In this document: positions 12,223 to 25,512 of the stretch, piece by piece | Layout: every line of letters starts with the position of its first letter | How positions within the stretch are numbered: the stretch's first letter is position 1 | Origin: Podarcis filfolensis | Lineage: Eukaryota | Assembly: GCA_964270895.1 (NCBI GenBank) | Contig: OZ185435.1 | Length of the DNA: 64,000 nt | Strand: one strand, 5' to 3' | Translations under genes and position numbers: made by a program | The notes under the pieces: model-generated | What the model was told of the DNA's origin: nothing | Database searches by the model: none | Seen by the model: the letters and a program-made list of their open reading frames with translations, nothing else

Positions 12223-12330
12223 CTTTATTGCCTCTATGTCGGCTGTCTGGAGCTTCTCTCTGAAATGTTTGTCTGTCTCCAGGACATCTATCACTTGCCT
12301 GAGGTACACATCGTAATAAAGCCCAGTATC
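12223..12330 (-). CDS. NUCB2: NUCB2 coding exon 3 (108 nt): [36 protein letters not shown], nesfatin-1 core
   Basis: The translation matches NUCB2. Boundaries gaag|GAT and AAG|gtatgt, phase 0/0. Confidence 0.97.
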
Positions 12331-13012
12331 CTTCAGGAAAATGAATATCAGTTTGGTAAAAGAGGGCCAAAGAAGAAAAGCATTTCTCTTTCTATAGAAA
12401 TATTTCAGACTAAATTAGGTGAGATCTTTAGCCCAGCTGTGATTCTAAGACCTAACTATCAGTGTCCATAATGTTTTATCTAGCGGTGAAGATAAAAAAA
12501 AAAAATCACATGAAGCAGCTATAAATACACATTCTTTGGGGAACTGCAGTTTCTGTGGATTTAACTGAGCTCTTTAGAGATGTCGTTTATAAAGAAAACT
12601 CAGTAGTACAGAAGAGAAAGAGGTTATAAGGGAATAAATAAGATATATGTGACATTTTCTCCATAGCTTTCCTTCCTCTGTTTTTCTTCTAGCTTTAAGA
12701 ACCCAGTTAATTTTAGGTCTCAAACTAAATGAGATTTGGGGAGGTCAGTGACTGGATCCCCATGGTTTCTTTAAGTTAAAATCAGCCAGGTTGAGCCCAA
12801 ATAATATTTGGGGTCTGGTGTTCCAGTACAGAAAACTTAAGTCCTTTTCCAATATCATATGGTTTATCGCTTTTTTAAAATGGAGGATTTCTTTTCTCCG
12901 CTGAGAAATTTCCTATTCAAAACACTGGATAAAGTGGTTTGAAGTCAAACTGCTTTCTCTGAGAGTCAAAATGGTCCGGTTAGTTCATTTCCTCACTCTA
13001 ATTTTCTTCTAT

Positions 13013-13030
13013 TCTCTCTCTCTCTCTCTC
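13013..13030. repeat. (TC)9 microsatellite
   Basis: Read directly from the sequence. Confidence 0.9.
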
Positions 13031-13206
13031 AATATTTTCACAAAGCTAACAAAAAGAAGAAGACCTAAATCCAGACCCTGAGTGCCACAGATGGCCCTGA
13101 ACAGTATTAATACTTTAAATTCAGAAATAATATTCCATCAGTTCAGCGGTAACAGTAATATACACTTATAATATTGATGCCATTACAAAGTATTTATTTC
13201 ACTTAC

Positions 13207-13350
13207 CGGATTATCTATTTTTGCATTCTCTACTTGTTCTTCCGCTTTTACCTTTGTCTTGTCTATGTCTATAGGCACAGCTTCCAGCACAATAGCAAGA
13301 TAGGTCAGGAGCAAAACACACTGTTGTAAGAAAACAGCTTTCCATCTTAT
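13207..13350 (-). CDS. NUCB2: NUCB2 coding exon 2 (144 nt): IRWKAVFLQQCVLLLTYLAIVLEA|VPIDIDKTKVKAEEQVENAKIDNP, signal peptide and nesfatin-1 N-terminus; first codon is ATA
   Basis: VPIDIDKTKV is the mature N-terminus. Boundaries tttatttcag|ATA and CCG|gtaagt. Confidence 0.95.
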
Positions 13351-14699
13351 CTGAAATAAAACAGCAAAGTATTTTTTCTAAGCATGTAACCCTTTTTATC
13401 CAGGATTGCTCCTATGGCAAAAACAATCGCGTCAGAAGTATGAGGAATCCCAGATGCATGCCTTGTCAACTTAAAAGAGGCTAAAGTAGAACACCTTTAG
13501 GTATGACAGGAGTGACTTATAGTCGCACTCTCGTGAATTCAAGCTGCAATATCGGAAGTGGGCCAAAACTGAGGTGTTAGCATTAGTGAGCAGTATGAAC
13601 ACAGTTCAGGACTGGTACTAACTATGAACACAAGTTTACACATTTCTGGTTAATAATGCAAGAGATGAACATATAAGACCATATGCAAAGTGTCTGGTAG
13701 TGGCATCTTGACATCTGCCATCATATTCTGTACTATCTTCATACCATTTTTATAGTACCGTCCTCCTATTCATTTTCACAGCAACACTGCATACTCCCTT
13801 TTTACAAATGGAGAACTGATACCATTTCCCCAAAAGGCTGTGCTGGCATAACAAATTTGGGGGGTTGAGCTACAGAAGCAACCTGAGTAACCTACATGAA
13901 CCAGACTGCACTTCAGTTGAAATAAATCTATGAAATCCAAGCATGTAAGCTTAACCAAACTGTGGGTCCAATTATCACTGATCCTACTACTACAACAATT
14001 TAGTCCCTGAGCAGTTCCAAGGGAAAAACAAATCAGGTGTTGGAACTTTCAAACCTTGGAAGAGCACACATGAGAAACAGCAAGAGAAGAAGATAAAGTT
14101 TATCTGTTGTTGTTTTGTCTCATATTGACAAAAAGCAGCCTCTCGGGCTAATATACCAGGACAGCTTTGTACTAAATATGAACTACTGGTTTGCAGACGC
14201 TAATAAAAATATTATTGCTTATTCTAAATATTTCATTCCATATTTCACAGCTTCATTTGTTATTATAATAATGCCTTGAAACATTTCCAATAAAATACGC
14301 CTTTGCAACACCAGTACAGCAGCATGTTTTGTGATATCGTCTTGGCAGTACACTCAGTCCTAAGCAAATGCTGAGTGGTCGAAGATGTACTCGGGTCAAG
14401 CTGTACCACAACATCATCTCACTAGAACCAACTGTGCTGTCACAACTGCTTGTTGTTTTCAGTATTATCAGTCTTGGGAAGCTTGGTCAGGTTCACTATG
14501 GCTGCATTAGAGTTTTAACCAAACCAACCCACTGGGGTATATTAATTTCTAGCTCTCACTTGCATGGCAACTTTTGTTAAGCTGTGGCCTCTACTAAAAG
14601 TATGTGGCAGATGAGTGTATGAACTGACCCAGTATATGTAAATCTTAATGATTCTAATCAGAAGTATTAATAAGATAAAAGAAACTGCTTAGATGGAGG

Positions 14700-14830
14700 C
14701 AGTGCTTTTTTCTGGGGGGGATGCAGGGTACACATACCCCTAAACATTTTGTGAATCTAAGTTTGGCCTCAATGAGGGACAATATTTCAATATGAGTAGG
14801 AAAATGAGTGTACCCCTAAACATTTGGGGG
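14700..14830. mobile_element. hAT-like MITE, partial, same family as 52944..53114
   Basis: cagtgcttttttctgggggg..gcagggtac.catacccctaaacattttgtgaatct. Confidence 0.7.
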
Positions 14831-15087
14831 GGGACTGCATGGCGGAACTTCATCCTCCAGTAACCAGAGACCAGCATTGAGTGTTAGAAACTCAGATATA
14901 TAAGCTAATTGCCAAATGGCACCTTAAACCTAGGTTATGGTCACCATAACCAACAGTCTAGTCACCCTTTTGCAGTGAAGTTTATGACTCAAATTATTCT
15001 TATAACTAATTTCATTTCAACACTACTTTATATTTTAAAGAATGAATCTCAAAGCAGTTCATCACACCAGCCACTGTCTAGCACCAT

Positions 15088-15222
15088 CACAGAACTGTAG
15101 AGTTGGGATCCTGAGTATCATCCAGTCCAACCCCTAGGATACTGGAATATGCAGCTGCCCCATACAGGGGTTGAACCTGCAACCTTGGCATTATCAACCT
15201 CTAACCAACTGAGCTATCCTGC
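15088..15222 (-). mobile_element. Related tRNA-derived SINE with a CR1-like tail
   Basis: agaactgtagagttggg...catccagtccaacccct...ggggttgaacctgcaacc...ccaactgagctatcc. Confidence 0.65.
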
Positions 15223-16189
15223 TTTTGCTGCTACCACTAGTGCACGAGCAATTACAATGCCAGTATTCAGCATCCATAGTAGCAGAGAAGGCAGAACTAA
15301 GAAAACACTAGGGAACAATGGACTCAAAGGTTCATATCTGAGAAATCAGAACTCTTACACCATTCTTTGGGGCTGCAGGAGATAAAAATCTCAGTAGCCT
15401 GCGATTCAGCTACACTTGAATTCATGTCTCTTTGCAAGCTAGGAGCAAAGTGAGATAGTCAATGAGCTACTAACAGCAGCAAAACATTTATCAGGACTGG
15501 GGATTAAATAGGACCCTTCGCTGGGGCTTTTGCTCTGACATCAACAGGTATTTAGGGACATCCCACTGTTTCATTTATGATATGATACAATAAGCAGTCA
15601 CAGCCCATTATGTGACCATGCATAAATTATCATGGGTTCACTTTCTGTAGTAGCAAGCCATAGTAGCATGGCAAACATGTTATCAAATGCAAAGTGGCAT
15701 GTCCTTAGATTATCAGCACCCCACATTCAAGAACTATGGAATGAGTCTGATTTTGAACACAGACAGGTATAGCTGTGAGTCACAGCTCTGACGTGGAATG
15801 CATAACAAGGGTAGTGACGCCAGTCGATGCAAAATTCATAAATTCAATGATGACGGTGAGCAAAAAGAAAGCATGCCCTTTTAAATTAATTGATGCACAC
15901 ATCAGCATAACAAATATTAACTATGGTCTTGGAACCATGTATGCTTGCATTGCCTCGCCTGGAGGAATTCTACAGCTTCCAAAAGCCTCTCAGATTTCCC
16001 AGAAAATACAAGCATATCCTAAAATCCTAAATGGGAATTTAGGCCAGTCAGTCAATTTTATTGCATATAGCCAAAGGCCTTTACAATGGACGACAGAGAA
16101 TATAAGGAAAAACTTTAATCTAAAACCATACAATGTAGCCTGTAACAGTTTACAACATAAAAGAAACATTAACAGTTAAGACTGAAGTG

Positions 16190-17060
16190 TGTTCACATAG
16201 TTGGAATGGAGCTTCTTGGCTGCCAGCACAAATTTGGCTACCTGGTGTGTAATGTATAGATGTTTATCTGCTAGGAGTTCAACTGTCACTTCCTGTGTGG
16301 ATCAACCTGGAAGCCAATTAAGAATTGGCAATATACATTTTCCTCTGGGCATTGTATACAGGGGGCAAATCAGCAAATAGTGTGTAATGTCCTCTACCTG
16401 ATTGCATCCACATATACATTTGCGATCCATATGGGGAATTCCCCTATACCTCCCCTCTAAATATGCTGAGGGCATCTGTTGGAATCTTATTTCTACAAAG
16501 GCCCTGTGTAGTTGGGGGAAGGTCAGAGTCTCAAGGTAAGGGGGCCTTGAATGATTGGTCTTAATTTGGGGGTACCAAGTAGAGTAATGGGGGGCAATCA
16601 TGGATGCTCTGTCTTGGTTGGCATCCTGAGCAAAAATCCAATTTCTAAGGTCACGTGGGCTAAGGGCTAAGTAGTTCTCCATTTGAAGATTATAAGCTTA
16701 TCTTGGCACTTTTGTGCCCAGCCCCTTGTCCTTAGTTGCTCTAACCAAAATGGGAATTTAGGAGGAAGTCAAGACACATAAGATTGCACTGTGAATTTAA
16801 CCTGTCTCATCTTCCAGCATTTAAACACAGCAACCAACATAGTAAGTGTAAGACTGTCCAGGCCAATTTGCTGAGCTCTGGGTCAGCCCCCTGCAATGAA
16901 GACAGGAGGTTATGAAAGCTTACTCTCAGCGATATCAACCACAGGCATCTACAGTTAAAGCGTAGTACATTTTGGGGAAGAAACCCTAGCGAGAACCTGC
17001 TTGCCAGTGCCAGGATAGATAGATCGAAGGTCAGGCCACACATGTTCATGCTTCAAAGTT
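16190..17060 (-). mobile_element. Decayed non-LTR retrotransposon C-terminus, probably RTEX clade
   Basis: PSAYLEGRYRGIP...RKCICGCNQVEDITHYLLICPLY is a Cys/His-rich C-terminal motif typical of such LINEs. Confidence 0.75.
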
Positions 17061-18162
17061 AATCACCCTGAAGAAATTAAAGAGTTATAGGAGCCAATTC
17101 ACATTTCACTTCTTGGTTAACATTTTTTATTACATGTATTTTAAAATAGTATTTTATGTCACCCTTCAATATAAACATTTACTAGGTGTTTCAAAAGAAA
17201 GGAAGAAATCTACACAATAGAAGGGAACATAACAATAATACTAAAATTCAAAACAAAAGCAATTAACATCTTGGGAACATTTATAAAAGTTTGTCTGGAA
17301 CTAAAAAGATAGCTACCAGGTTACGCCTTGCTAGGAGGAGAATTCTACAATTGTGGCACCCCAACTAAAAATGCCCTTTCCCCAGAAACCACCTGTCCCA
17401 CTTCTGACAAGCAGGGACATTTGGAGAAAGGCTTCAGATTAGAAGAAAGTAATTCTTATCGATCCTTCAAGGACTAGCTGCAAAGGAAAACAGGGCTGCT
17501 GTCCCTTTAATGGCTGCACAGAAGAGGGAATTTTTGGCAGGTGCTCCTTGGCATGTAGAGGTGAGAAAAGCTGCACCTGCAAGCTTCTGTGTCTTTAATA
17601 CTTGCAAGTGTGGCTTTTCTCACCTCTCCTGCTAGACTACAACCCCTCCTCCTGCCTTTTCCATACTCAATCCCTCATGTTTGGCACTCCTCATGTTAAC
17701 AGAGGGAGAAATGATAACAGAGGGAGTAGCACTACATGAACCCTAGTGAAGGTTGTTGCCCCTGCTGCCTCACATCTGGAACAATCATAGAGCAACTGTT
17801 ATTTGATGGAATTTGTACTGATGACTGTTTTTTAAATGCACCGAGCTGAGGGGGTATAAAATTGAGAAGATCCATTGGGGGGTGCCAAATTTTGGCCTCA
17901 CTCAAGTACCAAAGATTACCAAAGTCCACTCTGCAGCAGGAGAGTGCCATGGTCTTCAAACCCTGCTTAAGGACTTCAAAGAGGCATCTGACGGGCCACT
18001 GTGTGAGACAGATTCTGGATTAAATGGACCTTCTTAGGTTCACAGATGTCTTAAGTATCAAGTGGCTGCCTCTGCCTGGAGGGAGAAATACTTTGGCAAG
18101 CTGGACATAAACCTACAAGTTTATGACGACTTCTTATCGTCCAAACAGAAATTTATCTTATA

Positions 18163-18409
18163 CAGTGGTACCTTGGTTGTCAAACAGCTTGGCTCCCAAA
18201 CAAACTGGCTCCTGAATGCCACAAACTCGGAAATGGTCCGGTTTGCGAACATTTTTAGGAAGCAGAACTTCCAACATGGCTTCTGCGGCTTCCGATTGAG
18301 TGCAGGAAGCTTTTGCAGCCAATCGGAAGCCGCACCTTGGTTTTCAAACAGTTCCAGGAGTCAAACGGACTCCCGGGACAGATTAAGTTTGACAACCAAG
18401 GTACCACTA
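18163..18409. mobile_element. Tigger-like MITE
   Basis: TA|CAGTGGTACCTTGGTTGTCAAAC...GTTTGACAACCAAGGTACCACT TIRs. Confidence 0.85.
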
Positions 18410-18540
18410 GAATACTAATTACCTTAAAATACTGAGGGAGATATTTTACACAAAAATTACTGGTGAATATGTGCATGAACCACCACTTGACTCCTCTACT
18501 GTTGATGGCTGGCAGCTGCATGTGCAGGCTGACTCCATGT

Positions 18541-18890
18541 TTATTACGGCCTCAGCCCAGTATACCTGAAGGAGCATCTCCACCGCCATGGTCCAGGCCA
18601 GACACTGAGGTCCAGCACCGAGGGCCTTCTGGCGGTTCCCTCCCTGCGAGAAGTGAGGTTACAAGGAACCAGGCAGAGGGCCTTCTCGGTAGTGGCGCCC
18701 GCCCCGTGGAATGCCCTCCCATCAAATGTCAAGGAAATAAACAACTATCTGACTTTTAAAAGAAATCTGAAGGCAGCCCTGTTTAGGGAAGTTTTTGATG
18801 TTTGATGTTTTTAATATGTTGGGAGCCGCCAAGAGTGGCTGGGGAAACCCAGCCAAGGGGGTAGGGTATAAATAATAAAAATATTATCAT
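18541..18890 (+). mobile_element. L2 LINE 3' end
   Basis: Typical lizard L2 terminus (ggcctcagcccagtatacctgaaggagc...gtggaatgccctccc...agccgcc..gagtggctggggaaacccagcc) with an AT-rich tail. Confidence 0.8.
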
Positions 18891-21361
18891 ACATTACTAT
18901 TATTATTTATTGAAATTATATACCGTCTGATACCCGGAAGTCTCAGGGCGGTTTACAGTCCATTCATATGTGCCGTCAACACCAAGGCAGAATTTTCACA
19001 TTGCCTTACACCTATGATGCTGAAAAGCCAATTCATGATTTGGAAAATTTGGGAAAGTTATACTTAAGAGCTTTTGATCACACTAGCTGGCTCTATAGCT
19101 CATCTGAACACAAATTAACTGACTGGCCAAACAGGAATTCCCTCATAGAACATATGACCTTTCTCCTTAAATCCCTTTACTGGCTTCCTAGCTAATTTAG
19201 CATCTGGAACAGCCATATTTTCCTGAGCCTTAACTCCGTCTGGCCTCGCCCTCTTTTTTTTTTCTATACTGGTTGAACTGGGATGGCTGGAGTAATGTAG
19301 TTCTCCTGAGATCTGTCAGCAGAAGACAAGATCTTTTCAACTCTAAGCTATAGTCAGCCTGCTTTAAGATGACACGACATTACAATCTAGGTGCCTCCCA
19401 TCCCCCCAATCTCCTAATTTTGGTTTCCAGAGGGATAGCCATATTAGTCTCTTGCAGCAAAAATACCAAACATTCTTATGCCATATTTATTGTTGTAATA
19501 AATTCGTTAGTCTTTAAGAAGCCAGCAAACTCTTTTTTTCCCTTTTTTCTTTTTGAGATATTACTGACTATAATTTCCAAAGGAGAATGAACTGTAAAAA
19601 AATACTCAGCCTCCCCACTCCTCTTTTTTTCTTCTGTACAAGTTGGAACTTGTAGAAAAGCTATCCTGGATATATTCTTTCAAGGTTATGTAAGTCATAA
19701 CTTACCAAAGAAGCAGAGTATGTATTTAGAATACATAACATTTCTTTACGACTTATGTTTTCTGTATTGTTTTTAAACCTATTTTTGTTGCTTTTATTGT
19801 ATGGCTGTAAATCACCTTGGGACTTATTGTGGAAGGTGATTCACAAAATAATAAATAAATGTAAACATGCACCCAACAACTTTGTTGAATACCACCCTTT
19901 TACATCCACAATGAAAATATACAATAAAATATTTCCAATTAAACAACATAGTAATGGAAGTCGGAGGCTCAGATAAAGAGAATGCCTGGGTAACCAGGTG
20001 TGTCTTCAAAAGCTGGCAAACACCAATACTGATAAGGCATCTCTTATTTCAACAGGGAGCATGTTTTTAACATCAGTGAAAAAGCTTCCTCCATATCACC
20101 ATAAGCTGATAATTATTAGACTCCGGCAAGACTAACTTGATTCCATTTGATCACCTCAATGCCCTTACCAGGAAATGGAAGGAAAGTTGGTCTTTTGGGT
20201 AACCTGGTTCAAAGTTGGATCTTTTAATCCTATATCCTGTCCCATGATATAATATCCTATTCCTAAAAAATCCTTGATAAACAACTGCCCAATTTTCTTT
20301 TAAAAGTACAGAAAAGGAAAAATTCTAGTTTATACTGATATGTTTCAATGAATTTCAAATATTTGGATACTTTGAAAATATTTCACCTCATACCTCTTTC
20401 CTTCAGGTTAATTATACCCTGCTAAGGAAGTGATGCAAGCCTCAAAAAAGAAGGAAGATCTTGCTAAAGCCATTCTCCACAGTTGCACCATTAAACAGTC
20501 AAAATGTGGCCTGTGGTTGTACCTCAAATTTAACTGAACATGGTATTAGGTTTGATGTTCTTCCAACAACAATTAAACACTTTGATGTTGCATTTTCTCC
20601 AGTGAGCTCAATACAACTTACGTGGTTCTTCTCCCATCCTCATTTTATCCTCAGCCTAACCTACATTGGAAGTTTTTAAACAGCAAATGAAGCAAAAAGG
20701 CTTTAAAATAATAGTGACTGGCCCAAGTCTGTCAGTAAGCTTCATGGCTAAGTGTATTTGGGGGGGGGGGTTATCTACTGCATCATACTTGCTCAGACAT
20801 TTAATAATTATTTTATACAGCACCATCAATATTCCTGAGCCCACAGAGGATGCAATGGAAAATGCAACAGAGAGACAAGAGCAAGAAGGGATGAATGTAA
20901 CCAAATGCAGTTACACCTTCTTAAAACTGGTCACAGTTGGAAATGAGGATTAATGGCATGAGGATTAAGGGGGTAAACCAAGGCCACCCAAGAAAGGGTG
21001 TAAGGAGGGATTTGAAGGAAGAGACACATTGCATATATATTCAGGGAGGAACAATTTTTTTTCCTTCTCAACTTTTGGATATTTCCAATAATACATGCCA
21101 ATATATTATTTTTTTCTATAACCTTTTTAAAAGGAAAAAAAACAAAAAGGAAGGCACCAATCACAGGAATGGGGGAAACCTCCAGGTGCAAATTCCTTCT
21201 CAGGGGCACTCTTAAACCACTTTCAGCTGCACCAACCAACTTGTTTCAGGCAAGACGGGTAAGTTAACAAAATGCGGTTCTACTTAGCATCTAATAAATT
21301 TCTGGCACCAAAGCAAAGGTATTCCTAATAATTTGTTTAACACCACCACCAATCCATTACA

Positions 21362-21480
21362 TCAGGAATGGGGAACCTGTGGCCTTCCAGATATTGTTCA
21401 ACTCGAAATCCTAACAGCTCCAGCCAGCATAGCAAATGGTTAGGGATTAGTTGTACTGTGTGCTGGGAATTCTGTTCATC
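21362..21480. repeat. Short palindromic lizard repeat; related copies near 6015-6105, 60440-60540 and 63660-63765
   Basis: Shared ggggaacctgtggcc(c/t)tccagatgttg and ctcccatcatcc-like motifs. Confidence 0.55.
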
Positions 21481-23399
21481 TGGATGGAGGTGTGCAACTG
21501 GCTTTCAGTGGAGTTTGCACATCCTGAAGGGCCAGGCACAGAGCTTGTAAGTTTGTCTTCTGAGCCAGGAGAGTCCTTATCAGAGGAGGACCAGGAGCAG
21601 CCAGCCTTACTACACTTCTTTATGGTTATTTGTCGCTTTACAAGTTCCCTGCAAGGCAGAAGGGTAAGAATGCAACAGAAAAATCTTCAAATGGATGAAT
21701 TTGCCCTTGCTCTATGTGGAGCAGCTGGCCAATCAAAAATGGAAATAAGACTCCCACCCATGTGAAATGAATTACTTTGCTAAATTCAGTGATGGCCCAA
21801 TTCCCAAATAAGGCTGTTGACAATACTGTACTTAATATAAAAACCGTTCTTCATTTTCAAATAAATCTCTTATTAAATTCAGATAGTGTGATTATGCTGA
21901 AATAATTGTCACAGTATAAATGCCACAATCACTGAAGTCCTGTTTTAATCTTCTGAGAAGCCAGGGGGGACCACAGGTACTGGCAGTGACATGAGAAACT
22001 AGTGTCAGAGGTAGGTATTATTTGTCATCTGCCAAGGCCCACACCCTTCCAGCAGGCCACGATCAATTCCCAACATCTCCTGGCTCTGGTGCTGCTGCTC
22101 CTTCCTGCTGTCACTACCTGCCCACCTGTTTTCTCTGAGTATTCAAGCAGTAGCAAAAGTAACAAGAAAGAACAACACTGTCCCTTTGGGCAGATATGCA
22201 GACTGAGACCAGAAGGAGAAAGCAAGTTAATGGTTAGTTGGGACACTAGTGAGGAGGTAGGCACACTCAGGAATGGCACCCATTGAGGACATCTTGCACA
22301 AGGGACCTAGCCAGGACTAATGTTATCCATCTTATCTGAAAACATGAAGCCCTGAACTGCATCAAAACCAGTTCAGCCAAGGTTTTCTTGTGAATGTAAA
22401 AGAAAGCTTGCTTCCATGCACACTTTTTTCCTCTTTTTACACATAACAAGGGCTATGATGAATCAACAGGTCACTGCTTTCATTCATTGCTAGAACCATT
22501 TTATTTCACAGTGTTTTTAAAGAACTAAATAATCATTGTTCTGATAGCACAATAAAACAAAGTGGCAATAGTCTACCATTTAAAGGAAACAACCCACGTG
22601 CCTACATCAAGGAGCTGACTCTGCTTACCTACAGATTAACTTAGTGGGGGGGGGGGAATTAACTTGGATGTAGCTGACATATTAAGGACACCTTGCATAA
22701 AAAATAAAATACAAGGAACTGAAACATACAAACATACAGCGTAAGACAGGCTTAAATATGCAATAATTGGGGAGCTTACTCATAGATTGTGGTCCTACCA
22801 TGCCCATCTCAAGAAGTAACACAGAAAGCACTTGATTATACTTCAAATACTTTTGTACCCCAACAAGAAAGCAGTTACTGTATGTGTGTGTGTGTATTAC
22901 TTTTTGCTGCATTGTATATTTGAGGACAAGAGTTGCTCACATAATGCCTTTATCACTCCATCCCATTGATGAGTTAAGAAGAGTAAAACTGGGCATACTT
23001 CTGGCTTTTTAAAAGCCCACTTCTTTTTCCCTAGGTGAACTGATGTCATCACAAGGTCACAGGCGTTAATTCTGCCATTCAAAAGGGAACTTTGACTACA
23101 TGTGCTAGCTAGCATGAGTATCCCAGGTGCAGCTAACCCCTTGGACCAGCTCTTCTCCATCAATTTAACCGAGGCTACACTTCTCCTACCTTGGGCAAGC
23201 ACACTTTCTCAGAAGGTGGCAAGCTCTGCAGTGCCAACAATAGCCATGGCTCACCACCACCCAATTTGACAGCCCCTTAGTTGAAAAGCAAATAAACCCA
23301 TCAGACTCCCACTTCCCACCCTGCCCACGGCTTAAAATGTGCTGCCAGAATAACCTGTTGGGCAAAGAAGAAACTTAAGAGTGACACCTGTCCACTCAG

Positions 23400-24060
23400 C
23401 TCATTACCCAGGGAGGGGTCCAAGCAAGTGCACCATCCCAGCGGGCAGCCAGCTCGCCCCTTCTGGTCCAGCTTTGGAGGAAACCTGACTTACCTTTATC
23501 TCGCTGTGATTCATAGCTATGGAGACGGAGAGATCCTGAGCGTCTTCCAGCTGATGTGGCTTCTCCCTATTGTGTACTCGCGTGCTAGGAGAGAGAGGCA
23601 GCCTACAGAGCCCCCAGCAACAGCAGCCCAGTTGCCAGGCACCTGGTGGCTTCTTTTCCGCCCGCCTTCCTTCCTTCCCCTTCCCTGCCTGCCTTCCTTC
23701 CTTCCTCTCAGCCTCTCTTCGCCGATACACCCCCTTGAAGCAGATCTGTAGCAAAACCTAGTTCCCCCGTTCCCATAGTAATAGGCACCACCTCTCGGAG
23801 CACGCGGATTGGTGGAGCCTGTCCCCCTTCTGGACATCGCGTAGGGCCACGATTGGGCGGCGGCGAAGCAGCCGTGTTCGGTTGCGCAGGCGGCGAAACA
23901 GGCCTGGGGAGGTGCGTTGCGCTGGGGGAAGGTACGTGGCGGTAGCGGCGGTGGGCGGTGCTAGTTTGATTTCCCCGCCCTCCCGCTCAGTGACGCGCCG
24001 CGTTGAGGAAGAATAAAGCCGGGAGGGGGCGGTGAGTTGATACAGAGGAAGCTGCCAGTG
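23400..24060 (-). promoter_or_regulatory. CpG island and proximal NUCB2 promoter with exon 1
   Basis: GC- and CpG-rich, with several GGGCGG/CCGCCC boxes, minus-strand CCAAT boxes (gattgg near 23807 and 23851) and a downstream consensus donor at 23493. Confidence 0.8.
23494..23514 (-). CDS. NUCB2: Predicted coding end of NUCB2 exon 1: MNHSEIK, in frame with exon 2
   Basis: gctATGAATCACAGCGAGATAAAG|gtaagt is a consensus donor inside a CpG island. The 21 nt give phase 0, matching exon 2. The splice itself is inferred. Confidence 0.75.
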
Positions 24061-24612
24061 GCCAAGAAGCCTTGGAAGAAGAGGAAGGGGGAGCCCGAGA
24101 GTTATTCATTTTGAATCAGTCATTGTCCCTTGGTCCCAGTATCTGGAATTTCCCGGAGAAGGAGGATCCCCAGGCGCCAGTAAATTCAAATCCCTCCAGG
24201 AAGGCAGAGCCCTCCAGTACAGACGTCCCTTTGCAGATATGTGGGACCCCATGATCAGAGCTGTCCTAGAAGAATAAAGTTTTATTTTATTTATTTAATT
24301 AATTTGCCAGCTGCTTTATTTTTCCCAGAGCAACCTAAAGCTACTAACAAGCAAACAAATAAGAATATAAAGTCCACATAGCTACATTAAAACATAAAAT
24401 TTTATGTTGTGAACAGCCCTGTGATGTGATCTTTGGATGAAAGGTGGTACAAAAGGGCGGCATGGGGTGTGTTGTGTTTATGTGCACTCTGCGGATGTAC
24501 GTGGGGAACAGAACCCCCATGCGAAATGGTCTCCACCTGTATGCAAGCACATCTCTCTGTCTTTAAAACAAGTAAAGCAAAGAGGTCAATGGAATAGCAT
24601 TCTGTTGCTTTG

Positions 24613-24770
24613 GGTAAAGGTAAAGGTAAAGGGACCCCTGACCATTAGTTCCAGTCGTGGCAGACTCTGGGGTTGCGGCGCTCATCTTGCTTTATTGGCC
24701 GAGGGAGCCGGCAAACAGCTCCCAGGTCATGTGGCCAGCATGACTAAGCCGCTTCTGGTGAAGCAGAACA
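24613..24770 (-). mobile_element. Sauria SINE, 5'-truncated
   Basis: (GGTAAA)n tail followed by gggacccctgaccattag...catgactaagccgcttctgg. Confidence 0.88.
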
Positions 24771-25512
24771 TATAGCATATTCCAAACACCCAAAACTTGA
24801 TTTTGGGATAAAAAGATTTGAGACTACTCACTACCAAGGAAATGTAATAAGTGAATAGAAAGAGAACCTATCCAGTTGATGCTGACACAAAACCCCACAC
24901 TTATACTATATAAAAGAATATGTTTCACCACCCCACCCCTCGCCTCCACCCTTCTTCTTTCCTGACCCTATACTGCATAACACTTACGTTTCATCTCAAA
25001 TGTAACTGATCTGTAGAGAAGACAATACAACCTGAAAAAGAGACAATGCATGTACTTTTATAAACCAAGAAAATCTTTCATTAAAATTATTTTTTTAAAA
25101 AATAATAATTTGAGACATCTAGAGAGAATTTGTAAAAGCTCAGATCATATCAACTCAAAACAATCTTAAACCCTATGTACTTGATCAAATGCTGGAGGGG
25201 GACTTTCGTTTTCTGACTTTTAGTTAAACTATAGGAAGTGTTTATGTTTTACTTTGGAATCAAGGTTATTTATATATGTATCTTCACATGTTCTTGTCAT
25301 ATTTGGGTTTTCTTTTTCATAAATCAACATTATAGAATGTGAATTATCAAGCTTCGTGTCTTTGTAATTTTGGGTTTTTCTTCTTTATTTCATTCATTAA
25401 GGGAATGTTTATAATATTTTTAAAGTTTTCTAACATGTACTAACATCTACTCATACCAGAGTGATTCTCCAAGATCTTATGCAGAGGAATTCCAGTTTGG
25501 CTTCCTGAAAGT

